A stretch of DNA of 64,000 bases from Callorhinchus milii (lineage: Eukaryota): contig NW_024704743.1 of NCBI RefSeq assembly GCF_018977255.1, positions 41,790,001-41,854,000 of the forward strand. The letters run 5' to 3'. The notes beneath the pieces are model-generated. The model saw only the letters and a list, made by a program, of their open reading frames with translations, was not told where the DNA came from and made no database searches. A program made the translations under genes and the position numbers. Shown piece after piece: positions 12,814-26,260 of this stretch (position 1 is the first letter of the stretch; the number at the start of each line of letters is the position of its first letter).

Positions 12814-13262
12814 GGAGTCCTGTAGCTCAGTGGTTGGAGCACTCGACTCGCAGGCGAGAGGACCTGGGTTCGATTCCCGAGCAGGGCGAAACGTTGGGCA
12901 AGTTTCCTTACTCCATACCCCTCTATTCACCTAGCAGTAACAAGGAACCCGGTTGATAGTCAATTGGCGGATCGCTTCTCTGGGGGTAATAATCCCTTCA
13001 AAACAAAAGTCAACTTAAAAAATAATAATTATTTGGTCACTTAATCCAACAAAAAACAAATTGCATTTCTATAGCGCCTTTTACATTAGGAAGATGACCC
13101 AAGGTGCTGAACAGTCAGGAAATTGCTGTGCTTAATCGGCTGCCCATTTTGCCCACAAAGTATTCAGTCAATTCACTTTACAATATATTCTGTGAAGCAC
13201 TTTGAGATGTCTCGAAGACTTGATAAGGCACTAACCCAAATGCAAGCACTATTATTATTATT
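12814..13262 (+). mobile_element. tRNA-Ala-derived SINE (long form) interrupted by an inverted L2 tail (about 13050-13118)
   Basis: ggagtcctgtagctcagtggttggagc (A box), gggttcgattccc (B box), body, then the tail resumes after the insert. Confidence 0.9.
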
Positions 13263-14738
13263 ATGCTCATGTATTACACAACATAAAAAATAACCTTTGC
13301 ATTTGATATACTGCCTTATCATGTCGTTGAATATCTCAAGTGCATCACAGGATTTACGATAAAGTGTTTGTAAGCGGAGGTTGATTTGATTTTGCAATTG
13401 TGACTATGGACATTTCCTATTTTGACCAATGTTTGGTAATAACCAAAATCTACTCAGTGAAATCTGCCTTGTCCTATCTGATTGGTTTGTCTACTTTTCC
13501 TATATCTATTCACAGAGGAAGTTAAATCCCTAAGCGCTCAAAGAGAGTAGAAAACGAGGACAAAAAAGACACAACATAGTGAATGACTATATCTTAGAGC
13601 GTTGTACCAGTATGCTGTATAATATTCTATGAGCGCCAAGTCAACTCTAGGACTTTGATATTCGCAAACTAGAGGTGTATAAGTTATTCTGTAAACTCAA
13701 TACTTTGGGCTATTTTGTTTGCCAGGGAAAATTGATGAACTGATCAGTTCATCAGTTAAAGATTCTGGGCCAGTTGCAGCAGTAAGTCAGTGAGAAATGT
13801 TCACATCTGATTGTTTGAAGCATGGTTGGAAAAATAAATGAAGCGATGAACATTTGTCTATTTACTTTGTGGTGTGAGACAGATGTGGGTGTATAATTGG
13901 ATCTCTGAGAAGGTTTATACAGTAATGACTGAAGCTTAGCTTGGTGCATATCTGAATCTGCCTGAACCAAAGCCATATTTCCTTGGCCTCTGCACTCCCT
14001 ATGATAAGCCTCAGGTGACTTTGAGCCACTTAGACAATCTAAAGTTTACAGGGTTTTAAAACTAAAATCAAATTAATTTGGTTTTACTCTTACCCATCAA
14101 TAAATTTCTTTCAGTTTTAAGTGGTTGTGTCTTTCAACAAATTTAATAGGAGGTACAAAAAAATCAAGATTACAGTCATTTCTGCCTTGAATTAAAATAT
14201 GCCCTTGAAGTATTGTTCTGTATTTTGTCATTCTGAACAGTTCAAAATGATCATTTATTGCACTCCATCAGTCACACATGTCTGTATTCATTGCCCCAAT
14301 GATTGTTAATGAATCATCTCTTCATTGCATAGTGATTCATTATTCTCGTTTGCTCATTTGTTCCTTTTTTCTATTCACTCAGCACAGTATTCCTCAGAGG
14401 AATTTAGTCTTCTCTCCATTTGAAAAGATCCTTAATTTTTAATAAATTCTTGGATAAATCTTTAATCCTTTATAAAAGGAATGATTATCATTAAGGTTAC
14501 AAAGTATGAATTGTGCCTTTGCAGGCAAAACTGGACGATGTCATAAGCGTTGGTGCTTTCATCAGTTATTTGATAGTACAAAGACTGCTAGAGTTAGTCA
14601 CTACTATTCCTAAGATCCATAGGGGTTGAGTAAACCTTGTTAGCTGTTTAAAAGTGCAAAGTGTAATATTTTCACTAAAGTAAAGATATTATTCAAGAGT
14701 GTCACACCGCACAGCAATCTGAAATTGCTCAATCCTAC

Positions 14739-14855
14739 CTTTGAAACGTGTCTTCTGCCAGCTGAACACAGAGCAATTTGGATAAGAGTTGTAGAAATGC
14801 TCATGGTGTCCACTGCCCTGTCCTTCCAACTGGAAGATGACATGATAATAGGTCT
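14739..14855 (-). CDS. 117-nt symmetric internal exon of unidentified gene (RPIIMSSSSWKDRAVDTMSISTTLIQIALCSAGRRHVSK; alternative frame TYYHVIFQLEGQGSGHHEHFYNSYPNCSVFSWQKTRFK)
   Basis: Strong acceptor ttgtttttgtttttctgttattcttaccccttcag, donor AAG|gtagga, length divisible by 3, non-repetitive. Confidence 0.65.
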
Positions 14856-15594
14856 CTGAAGGGGTAAGAATAACAGAAAAACAAAAACAAGGCATAAAGA
14901 ACACCTTGGGATTTATCTGATCTGACCGGGACTGGAATACATTTGGATAATGTAGAAAAGCTCAGATTCCTTATACATATGTTGAAAGTATACCGCAAGG
15001 AAAAGAGGTACAGTTTCACCTCAGTTAACTATCAAGCTTTTGAATGACATATCCACTTCAACGGGTCTGGTTGAGGATATTTAAAACCATAAAAACCTGA
15101 CGTCATTAGTCAAGAAATTCTTTCCAGCCCACTAAACAATGTCAGTACTCAGATAATCATCAGCTCACATCAAACCATTCATATGCCCGACCTTCAGATA
15201 AAGAGCATTTCACGTGAAAATGAAAAAGGTTGTACTTGTCCTTATTTTTCCTTAGCACAGATAAACTAATCTTTTGTGCCTGGAATGAGAGCGTGACCAG
15301 CATGAATGCTTTATTAACATACGTTGAAGCAAGGCATCCCAGTTAAACAAAAAAGCTTGTTTACAATAGGGGAAGAGAATGGAGGCAATACAAACACAGG
15401 AAATAAAGTAGATAACACAAATCACAATTGATAATACTTCGATGAATTCCTTACTTCATTCATTTAGCGACGATCATTCGCTCATATTTTTTCACACCAC
15501 TTTCACTCTACACTTGGCTCTGGAAAGGTAAACAGCGACTGACCATTCTTAATGTAGCCATTTGAGTCAGGTTGCCTGTATTTACCCACTGAGA

Positions 15595-15880
15595 AATAAT
15601 AAAAATCCTTGTGCTTGATATGGCACTTTTCACATCAGAAGGATGTCTTAAACTACTTCACAAGATTTACTGTCAGGTGAAGTGACAGTATACTTTGTAC
15701 CTAAACACACAGCAATTTCCCTGAAACAGCCATGAAGTCAATGACCAATTTTATTTGGGGGATTTTTGACCAGGACACAGGGAGAAATTCCATTCCCTTT
15801 TCAAATTGTGCCATGTGATCTTTAATGTCCACCCGAATAGACACATAGGACATCGAGTTAATGCCTCTTCCACAGGACAG
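15595..15880 (-). mobile_element. Deu-type SINE, degraded
   Basis: gtgccatgtgatctttaatgtccacccgaa is the reverse complement of the Deu core GGTGGACATTAAAGATCCCATGGCAC. Confidence 0.7.
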
Positions 15881-16459
15881 AGTAAAAACTCAGAGTTTCA
15901 GGTAATAATACCATATTATTCAGCGCAGAAGATTCCAGATTTGATTCTCAACCTGTAATGAGTATTTGATATGGTGTCTAATTTCCAGGATGTGCTAAAA
16001 CATGTGGTCCTTAACCAAACTGATATTGTGATCTTGTGAATTTTGGACTCACAGTGTGAATGTGATTGTGTAAAGATTGTGTGCTGTTATAGTGCATCAG
16101 CATGAAGCCATAGGATAGCTGGATATTACACAGCCGTCATTATGACCGTTAAAGCTATTTGGATCAATTGCTCAGGGCTTTCTTCAGCAAGTCAACAACA
16201 TGAACCACATCAAATTGTTTTGTTTATGCTAAGTGTGAGCCAGTTGTATCTGACTACTGAGAAATGTTTTCCTTAGCAAATATGTTCCAGTGTTTTTTTT
16301 TAATTCTATTGTAGAAACAGACCTTAACGAAATTATTAATATAACCAACCATTGTTAATAGTCCTAACATAACCTCTGAGGGATTTTGATTTTAATTGGA
16401 CTTAATGCATAGGCTATACTATGTTTGCCTCAATGATAATTGAGTGCAAACCCCACTAT

Positions 16460-16700
16460 CAACAACAACAACAACTTGCAATTATATAGCGCCCTCCAAG
16501 CTGAGTGGCATCTCAGAGCGCTTACCAGTGGCAGAGAGTGAAGGTGACAGTAGGCATAGTTGAAGAGGAAGGTCTTCAGGCGCGACCTGAAGATGGGGAA
16601 GGAGGGGATGAGGTGAAGGGGTTGTGGGAGGGAGTTTCGAGGCGTAGTGGCTGAAGGCACGGCCGCCGATGGTGGAGAGTAGGAGTTTGGCAAGGACTGG
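16460..16700 (-). mobile_element. L2 3' fragment
   Basis: (aac)n tail; RNSLPQPLH...FRSRLKTFLF. Confidence 0.85.
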
Positions 16701-17314
16701 AGTAATTGAGGTACGAAGTTTGGTGCAAGTGAGAATGCGAGTTCCTTAATCAAAACTGAGCCAAGCAGTGTGAAAAGTAAATTGTGCTGCAGTCTGGGTA
16801 TCAAGACCACCTTGAAAGTAGGTTTTGTCAGGAGATTAAATCGCACCATTGCAAGTCCATCCACTGGCAGTGTGCGTCAGTGCTGCCTGCACCCAAAAAT
16901 ATCCAACAAACTCTTGAGGGATGATTGATTTCTGTTATTAAAAAGCCAGTCATATTCTGGGCTTGTTAAATTAAATATGCTTTTTAAACATTCTAGCAAC
17001 ACCAGTTAGTAGGTCAGCACATTCATTTGGTTGCATGTAAGAGCTTTCCTCAGTTTCAGGATGAGAGACATTTTGAGAAAGGGGGAAAAAAGGACATTTA
17101 CTCTTCCAAATCACTCCACTACTGTCTGCACCAGCCATAAATGAGATAAGGATCGTTAATGTTAACTCGGAAGAGCTTTTAAAACTATGTTTTCACCAAC
17201 TGATAAGGCGTTATATCAAATTCAAGGAATATTATTGTTATTTTATTCATAAGTGAAGGCAACTAGATATCTAATGTTTAAGTCAAGATGAGCTTCAAGT
17301 CCAACAGTCCTTAT

Positions 17315-17621
17315 GGAGTCCTGTAGCTCAGTGGTTAGAGCACTCGCCTTGCAAGCGAAACACCTGGGTTCAATTCCAGGCAGGGCGAAACCTTGGGCAA
17401 ATTTCCTTACTCCACACGTCTAATAATAATAATCCCTGCAAAACAAAACAATAATAAATTTTCAATCCACAACTGTTTGTGGGACACTGCTGTGCTCAAT
17501 TGGCTGCCCCGTTTTGCCCACAAATATACAGTCAATTCACTTTACAATCTATCCTGTGAAGCGCTTTGAGACGTCGAGAAGACCAGAAAAGCGCTATATC
17601 AAATGCAAGGATTATTATTAT
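17315..17621 (+). mobile_element. tRNA-Ala-derived SINE (short, internally deleted form)
   Basis: A and B boxes, anticodon-like arm ctcgc-cttgcaa-gcgaa, tail ending aaatgcaaggattattat. Confidence 0.92.
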
Positions 17622-17759
17622 AGCACTTTTCTTTTGTATAATTTAAAATTGTATCACAGGGAAGTATTGAGTATCCTCATTGTTCCAATTTGCTGGGTGC
17701 TATTCTGCATTATTAGCTGAGTCTAGCAAATTTGTTGCTAATAATTTCTAATTATTACT

Positions 17760-18175
17760 GTGCTTCGATGCAGTCAATCATGCTATCCTCTTCAACCGCC
17801 TCTCCTCCCTCATCCAACTCAGTGGAACAGCTCTTTCCTGGTTCAATCAATCCTACTTGATCCACCGCCATCACTACATCTATGTAAATATACGTGGGAT
17901 CAACTTCCACATGTATGTGGATGACACCCAAATCTACTGCTCCTCCAGCTGTGATCCCAGACCCACCAAAGTTCTGTCCTCTTGCTTGTCAGACATTGAA
18001 ACCTGGAAACCTGCTGGCCTTCAGATCACGCCTGAAGTCCTTACTCTTCGACCATGCCTGTGGCAATCTTCCCCTTCTCCCTTTCTCATAGTGAAACTCT
18101 TCCGTATAAAGCGCTTTGAGATGCTACCACACATGCATATATAAATGCTATATAAATGCAAGTTGTTGTTGTTTT
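17760..18175 (+). mobile_element. L2 fragments with internal deletions
   Basis: INFHMYVDDTQIY (RT YADD motif), AFRSRLKSLLFDHA, (ttg)n tail. Confidence 0.85.
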
Positions 18176-18614
18176 GTTAAGCACAAATTCAGAATATGGC
18201 GATACAGGCAGATTTGTGCTGGGTCCAATACATTAAGGTTTGGGTTTACTGCAAATCTACTGCATTCAGCACGCAAAGATAAATGAACTCATTGTGTTTC
18301 CAACAACAACAACAATTTGCATTTATATAGCGCCCTTCATGCTGGGCGGCGTCTCGGAACGCTTCAGGATTTCAAAGGTTGATATCTGCAGGTTTGGGTT
18401 GGCTAACACGGAAAAGTCCAGAACACTGCTGGAAATAGCTGGACAATAACTCAACAGTCAAACTTATTTCCAGAACTGTCAGCCACAAGCGCGCTGAAAT
18501 GCACTTGATGCTAAGCGTTTTGATGTATGTCATCAGGATAAAGATGAAACCACTGTCTGACCTTGTGAGATAAATCAGATTCTTCTTAATTGTTACACAG
18601 AACTCTGTGGTCTA

Positions 18615-18969
18615 ATAATTATAATCTTTGCATTTGATATAGTGCCTCATCATGTCTTCTAGACATCTCAAAGCACTTCACAGAATATACTGTAAAGTTT
18701 AGTGACTGTGTGTATTGTGGGTGAAATGCGGCAGCCAATTGCTTACATTAGTGTCTCACAAACAGTTGTGGATTGAGTGACCAAATTATTATTATTTTGA
18801 AGGGATTATTACCCCTGGAAAGCGATCCGCCAATCGACTGACAAGCAGGTTCCTACTTACTGTTACGAAAAGAGAGGCATGTGAAGTAAAGAACCTTGCC
18901 TAAGGTTTTGCCCTGGCCAGGAATCGAATCCGGGTATCCTCGCTTATGAGGCAAGTGCTCTAACCACTA
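18615..18969 (-). mobile_element. tRNA-Ala-derived SINE (long form)
   Basis: Reverse complement of the whole family sequence, including ggaatcgaatcc (B box) and gtgctctaaccact (A box). Confidence 0.9.
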
Positions 18970-20166
18970 ATGCATCAAAGCTTTCTTATAACCTAGAAAT
19001 ATACACTGCCAAGCATGCTTCCATTCCTAACAGTATTGTGAACTCAATTGAAACCTTTAGCTTGATAATGGAAGGTGATACGGTTGGGGGTAAAACTCCT
19101 CTTCCCACTGGGTGCATACTTTTGACAATGCTGTGTGCTTATAATGGCCATATTTTGTATATATTTATTTCTCTCACTGATTTCTAGGGCTGCCTCTGAG
19201 AATCAGTATTCTCACCCTCTCACCTGTGCATTAGTGACACCCAGCCTGTTTAGACATTTCTCATGATTGGCTATTTGCTCAAGTATCTTATAGAGATGAC
19301 TGTCTGCTCACAGAATTGCAAAATGTAAAAACTCGCTCGGTATTCTGCCAGAGGTCATCTCAAAGGATACAATATGAGATTCTCATACATTTAGAATAAA
19401 ACTGCCAGTAATGGGGAATGTAAAAGGAACCATTTTCCAATCAGTTCAAAATCTAAAGTGCCATTTCTATTTCCAATCTCATTGACCAGGGAGAAAGAAA
19501 ATGGTTGATTATCATTTTGATATTCAAATCTGTTTTTTCTCTCATTCCTTGTCACTTCCATAGCCTTCCTCAAGAGATTATGCCAGCAACCTTTTAAAAA
19601 TCCTGCAAAATAAAATCACAGGCACATTCTCAGATATCACTCTGAAAGGTAACAGTAAACTGGGTTATAATAGTCTGCAATGTGAAATACTATATATAAT
19701 CTCACATATGCCATTTCTATTTTCCCCTCACCTCTTGATGTCTTTATTGGAGATTATTTGCACATTATATAATGGTTCATCATTAGAATTGAATGCACCA
19801 ATTATAAATGTGTGCTGTAAGTTACGGTAGTAAATTTATATGCCAAATGTAACAGATATTTTACAGCAGGATGGGTTGCGAATAAGATGCTGTACTCATT
19901 TTTATAGTACCTGATAGATAGATTTCCTGTAGATATGCTGTAAATCTCCCGTGTAAATGGAATACAGTTCCTGTATGGTATGTGTAATAGGGTTACCTGT
20001 GGCATTGCTTGCATTCATTTCATTCCCAGTTTTTTACTGTAGGAAACATAAATGTGAAAGACTTTCAGATTAATTATATCATAAGATACAAAGGGTGAAC
20101 AGTTGAATGCAAACTTTATTCCACAGGCAACATATACCTCATAACTGATTACTGATCAAGCCTTAC

Positions 20167-20225
20167 ACCGACAATGAAAGGCCACACAGGTTGGATACAC
20201 TGTGCCTGACCCTGCCTTGTGCATT
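20167..20225 (-). CDS. Candidate exon (ECTRQGQAQCIQPVWPFIVG); an alternative upstream acceptor would start it at 20267
   Basis: Donor GGT|gtaagg. Acceptor ctaaatag follows a 40-nt AG-free stretch; the stronger tract ttttcatttcattttttag lies 42 nt upstream. Confidence 0.45.
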
Positions 20226-20612
20226 CTATTTAGATCACAAGGCAACAATTTCAATACCAATAAGAGTCTAAAAAATGAAATGAAAACTGCCATCCGAACC
20301 ATCAAATCATTTGTTTTCACCATCCGTAAGAGTTTAATCAATGACCTTACCCACTCTAAGATTACTAAACATAGTAGTCTAGAAACCATTCCAGTGAAAA
20401 TTATACATTTACTGGAGGTTTGAAATAATTCAATTTTGAAAGCACATAAGCTTGGGAAAGCTGCACTGATACCTGAGCATTATAAAATCATAAAGTCTTA
20501 CTGAAATCTTCATTGTAGAATATGGACTGTTTTATACCGCAGTCTACTATATAACATGTGCTTTATACATAACATATATGCTTTATATCGCTATATATCT
20601 GTTTATTTTGTG

Positions 20613-20642
<30 letters not shown>
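20613..20642. repeat. (TA)n(CA)n microsatellite
   Basis: tatatatatacacacacacacacacaca. Confidence 0.9.
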
Positions 20643-20644
<2 letters not shown>

Positions 20645-22639
20645 TGCAGGTTCGGTGGAATCAGCTAATCCCAAGCATCTGCCACACTTTCTTTAATGCA
20701 AATGTTCCTTTACAATCTGCTGCAATTATTGCAGCATTCCCCTGTGACCTCAGACTGTTGCCTAGCAGTGCATGCAGGTTTACCCGACACCAGCCTCTGA
20801 ATTGCTCAAGACGTCCGTCAGACAAACCCCTGACCTGCTAAAACAAGAACAAGCCAGAAATATTGGGATGAAAACTGTGACCTGTGAATTAACACATGGT
20901 TGATCATTGGAAAGCAGTCAATGTCTAAATTATCAATGAGTTGTCCCACTCTCCCACAAATTCTTTCTCCTCCCTCCACAACTCCATCACAATGGTTGAA
21001 TCTGTACTGTGTCATGATCACAGCATCGCAGCTTTGATTACTGGATTAACTCTGATTTTTTTTGTTGAATTTGCGGTGCCCAACTATTTGAATAGAGTTT
21101 GTGGGAGAGAATCACAACCACAGACCTCCTGATACTTTGAATCATCGACTGGCTGCTTTTTACAATTATATGTGAATTAACACAGCACAGCACCCCACTT
21201 GCATCAAATATTGCACAGCATTAATCCAGCATTCACGTGTTACAAAGAAACATCAGCCGATAAAACATATTTTGCAGCTCGGGGAAAAGGATTCTGGTAA
21301 AACCTAATGGAGAACCCATACATTAATCAATAGCTTTCTTCATAATGATCATTAAAAGAAGACACTAGCAAAAGAGGAGTGATGTTTGCTTCAAGATGAG
21401 AAAAGCACTGAATGACAACAAAAGCACTAAATAAATAATTGCTATAGCACCAAAAGAATCCATCATCAGTTTAATGTTTCCATACAAAACCACACACATT
21501 ATGAATCAGCATACAGCTCTGTATTCCAGGCAGCTGAAAGATATTTAAAGCAAAAAGGTTACTCATGCACCTTATCTAATTAAATTTGGAATAGATTGTA
21601 AGTATGTAAACATGAGTCGGAAGGATATGTTGAAGAACAAGGACTATTGGTATTGTACTAAAGAGCCTAAGGGGAAGACTACAACCTCCTGCATCAGAAT
21701 CACATTCATGAGCTATGTTCCATTCCCATTTTCAGAGCGGGTTTTATATCAATCAGCCCAGCAGCCCAGCCAATATCACAAGGAGCAGGGAGCGAAGCCG
21801 CTTGCATCGGCTCACATGCACAATGTGCCATAAAACATCTGATTTTCACAGCAGAGAGCTTGAAGCAAATGCATCACCTAAATCCGAGTCCTTTTATAGT
21901 GGCCAGATTCCTACTCTAAAACCACTAAAACGTGGTCTAGCTCTTGTCTCCCAACCCAATAATTACAGTTTTGCCGAAATCCTAGGAAAAAACCTTGTTA
22001 TACCCAGCTGGAAATTAGCTTGGCTTTAGAAGTAATAAATCACATCTCACGATTTCTGCTGGCTATGTTTTTTTGAAGAAATAACTATCTGGAAATGAAT
22101 GCTATTCAGTGGATGGACATTACTTGGAACTTTAGAAGGTGCTTGATGTTTTTTTATGTATTAAGATTTTAAATATAAATGCAAATTGGATTAATGGAAA
22201 ATTAATTATCCAAATTGAAACTTGTCTTGACAACTGAAAACTGAGGGTGATGGTAGTTGAACAGGAAGTTATCTTGGGCCAGTAACGAATACCTAAGAGA
22301 TTTTTTCCTGGTGTCCTGACCAACAATTCCCCAGATAAAATTGGTCATTCTTTCATGGCTGGTTTTAGGCAAACAGAGCAAATTGATTGCTGTATATGCC
22401 TACACTTACACAGTCCCTAAACATCAAATTTATGTGAAGGTGCTTTATCAAATGTAAGAATTATTATTTTTACTGTGCAGTTTTGAAAGTTTTTTTCTGA
22501 CTACTTGATTTGCTCATTATTGACAATAATGTGAAGGAAGATCATTTTTAATAATAATGAAAAAACTGTATTAAGGTTTGACTTGCAAACAGAGCCGCCA
22601 CCTCCCTCCCCCACACCCCCCACCCCACTGTGATCTCAG

Positions 22640-22945
22640 TTAATAATAATAATGTTTGCAATTTATGTAGCACCTTTCACGTTGGGAGAACATCTCAAGT
22701 CGCTTTGACTGGCACGTGACTGTGTGCAACAGCCAAGTTGTGCACATGTGCACCTCAATGTCTCACAAACAACCATGGAGTGAATGATCACATTTTGGGA
22801 GGATTGATGTAACACTAGAAGAACCAAATAATGCCATGGGATCTTTGATGTCCACCTAAACAAACCAACGGTACCTTGGATTAACATCTGATCGGAAGGA
22901 CAGCACCTCTAATGATGCAACAGACTCCCAGCATTGCACTGGCAT
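22640..22945 (-). mobile_element. Deu-type SINE, degraded
   Basis: atgccatgggatctttgatgtccacctaa...ggattaacatctgatcggaaggacagcacctc. Confidence 0.75.
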
Positions 22946-24264
22946 GACAGCAAGAAGAAAAAAATAACTTGAATATTCTTGATCACATGTCAGAGTTATT
23001 TTGGAGAAAAAGTTAAATTAATATGTGCCTGATGTAATTAAACTTACAAAATTAATGTGCAACTCAAATTTTCTCAGGGTGGTCTTATGAAAGATAAGTC
23101 TACAACAATAACAAAATTACATTTGTAAAGGGCCTTTCACATCAAGAGGATGTCACAAGGTGCTGAACAACTGGGAATTAGTCAACTTATAACCCTCAAT
23201 CTTTTTTAGATTTCCCCAGGCAATTTAAATCCCATCCATGAAATATTTGTTTTTACTACTCTTACTTCCTTTATGCAGTACCTTACATGTCCTGGCCAAT
23301 AATCTTTCTAATAAAATGGGTCACGCAGTTCATTGCAGTTCATGGGACATTGCTGTGTGCAATTTTGCTGCTGCATTTACCTACAAATACATAGTGACTG
23401 CAGATTACAGCAATAATCCTGTGAAATGCTTTGAGATGTCTCAATGATGTGCTCAGGCTCTATATTAAATACAAGAATTCATGTTCTTTAACTGTATTAA
23501 ACTTAATTTGCCAATTGTCAGCCCTTGGGCCTGTCCTATCAAGCTTTTAATTTTTAAGATGCTTCCTGATTCACATCACTTGTCTATTGGATGTAAAAAG
23601 ATGCTGCATCAAGCTTTTATACAGAGCTTTGCTAACTGCTACCCAAGGTCAATTTGTTTAATAATGAGATGGTCCAGTGGACATCCCAAGTACTTTGAAG
23701 GATCAGCTTTTGTGTGGAGACAATTTACAGTGTCTGTGTGTTCAGAAGACAGTCATGTGAATTAATTTCCCCTGATGGTTTTGGCAGGTGGTCTCCTCTG
23801 TGTTTCTTTCAAGATCGCAAAGTACAATTGAGGCCTCAGGCCTGGACTTCTCGGACACTAAACACTAAATTGTGGGTAGGTCAGAGGACAAGATTTCCCT
23901 CTCCTCGCTACATCACTGCACGAAAAACGAATATTAAAGGAAAAAAATCGATTTAAAAAGTCTGCAATTTACAATTAAAAATAGCTCATTGGAATTTGAG
24001 ATGATGATCAGTGTGTCTGAGCAGGTGATAGACAGCAATGTCCACTCTCTGGAAGGGGTGCTGCCTCCAAGTGATTATGTGGTGTTCAACAATAAGCATT
24101 GAAAGCTCTGTTTCTTCACTAATGCCAGCAATAATATCAATTATAATCTTTACATTTCATATTGTGCCTTTCATGTCTGGATATACAGGATATACTGTAA
24201 AGTATATCAGCAGGCAATTTGCATAATGTTCAATTTTATTTGGGAGATTGTTAACAACAACACT

Positions 24265-24552
24265 GCTAACAATAACTTGCATTTATATAGCGCCTTTCAA
24301 ACAGAGTAGTGACCTGGTTAGCCAGAACACCAGAAGAAACTTCCTTCTCTTTCCATACAATGCCATGGGATATTTAATGTCTACATAAACAGGCAGACTG
24401 GACTTCAGTTTAACATTTCATTCGAAGGATGGTGCCACTCTCCCACCACTGTATGAGCCTCGATTGTAAGTTTAAAAAATCCTGTCATGGGATCTGATCT
24501 AACAACCTTCTGACTCAGAGACAAGCGTGCTACCAACTGCGTCAGATTGATG
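24265..24552 (-). mobile_element. Deu-type SINE
   Basis: tgccatgggatatttaatgtc...acaaccttctgactcagagacaagcgtgctaccaactg (head, reverse complement). Confidence 0.75.
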
Positions 24553-25355
24553 CCTATTATGAAACGTCAAACCTTTACCATCATGGTTGATAAACTGATT
24601 GCATATTAATAATCTTCCAAAGTGCAAGTTGCTCTTCAGGAGCTAAATTATCTATCTCAAATGTCATTTAGACCCCAAATTTGTTGCATATTCTAAGGTT
24701 CCTTGCCTCTGAAAACACAACACACCAGTGCACTACTATTTACAGACTTTAATATCCCAAGACTAATTTGAGAATAAGGTAAAGTTGAATAACACATTTC
24801 ATCCTTCAATGCTAAAAGGTCCAGTCATCCAAACACATTTAAAATTAATTGACACAATCAGCTTTTACTTATAACATAAACAATATCTTCCCAAACAATT
24901 AGCTCATGATTATTTGTTCACTGGGGATAATTACACATGTCACAATGTTCACCTCAGTTTTCAAAATTTAAATTTTGTGGTGTCATTTTCATTATTTCTT
25001 AATAGGAATCTGTAATATGTCTTCCCATCAAACCCTTAGAAACTCTGCTCAATAAGTTTCTTGCAACAGGGCTGAGTTTTTACGAGTTGATGCAATTTAC
25101 TTCACATTAGCAGAAGCAATCCAGCACAAGGAGACAGCCTGGCTCAGTTGATAGTGCGATGGTTCTCAACACTTAATGTACATGCTTTCATACTAAGTGG
25201 CCTTTGCTTCTCTCTTAACCCTGTTGGTGTGAATCCCTATTTCAAAGGCGACTCAACCAAGTCAGAGTCACACACAGATAGGTATTCCCAGTTAACCCCA
25301 ATGCCCAGTAACTGGAATGTCTAATCAGAGTCTGCTCGCACTAGTAGACCTCCGA

Positions 25356-25812
25356 TGTTGACAACTCCCCTCGGAGGTACTTGCTCCTTGCTCTGAATAC
25401 TACAGACTCGAGGATACATTCGGTAGAAACAATAGCTCTTTATTTAAACCTAGCAACCCTAGGCTACCTTGCATATGTGGAACACAAGAATGGAAGGAAT
25501 ACAAGAATTGGAGCAAATATAATATTCACACATAACTATAACAACTGGCATCACAATGCTACGTTAGTAAAAGAACATGAAACCAAACCTGACTGTACAG
25601 TAGTCCTGTACACATCAATACGTACCAGATGACGACCATTAGTTAGTAACCACGAGGGGTGCTGAGCATTGCTTTATATAGGCGTGAGGCTCCGCCCTAT
25701 TGGATCTATTACTTTGTTGTAAACTTGTGCAAGGCTGCTTACTTACTCTGTAACTCCTGATTCCCTTAAATAATATTATAAAGTTATACATGCATATTAT
25801 TTACTCATTACA
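25356..25812 (-). mobile_element. Probable solo LTR (Gypsy-like)
   Basis: Minus strand begins TGTAATG and ends TCAACA, with CCAAT-GGGCGG-TATATAAAG (about 25703-25672) followed by AATAAA (25444-25439). No TSD found. Confidence 0.6.
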
Positions 25813-25839
25813 AAAGACTGCAAGAAAGGGCAACCATGA

Positions 25840-26260
25840 CAGTAGCATTCTTACCTCTGTATCAGAAGGTTGTGGGTTCAAGCCCCATGTAAGGACTTGA
25901 CCTGATAATGCAGGTGACACTCCAATGTAATGCCGTGGTGTGCTTCATTGTTGCAGATGGTATCCTTTGAACATTGATCCGAGGTTCCAACTGATCGTTC
26001 AGGTGGACATTAAAGATCCCATTGTATGATTCATAAAAGAGAATGGAGATTTCTTCCAGTGCAATGGCCAACAATCCTCCAGATCAAAATTAATCATTCA
26101 CTTCATAGCTGTTTGTGGGATATTGCTGTGGGCAAATTGTCTGCTGTGTTTGTCTGCAAAACATACAGTTACTGCGCCTTACAATAAAAATCCTGTGAAG
26201 TGCTTTGAGGCATTTCAATAACTTGATAAAGTGTTATATGAAATGCAAGAATTATTATTT
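25840..26260 (+). mobile_element. Deu-type SINE (SacSINE1/AmnSINE1-like), near full length
   Basis: cagaaggttgtgggttcaagcccc head, caggtggacattaaagatccc core, gtttgtgggatattgctgtg...tgaagtgctttgag tail. Confidence 0.8.

Noticed and set aside
17315..17390. tRNA-Ala(TGC) gene
   Set aside because: Acceptor stem is not properly closed and the sequence runs into a SINE body and tail; the same holds for all copies
20167..20267. NRMHKAGSGTV as a sulfotransferase PAPS-binding loop in the longer exon version
   Set aside because: That frame creates a TAG when joined to exon 14855, and no other sulfotransferase motifs are visible
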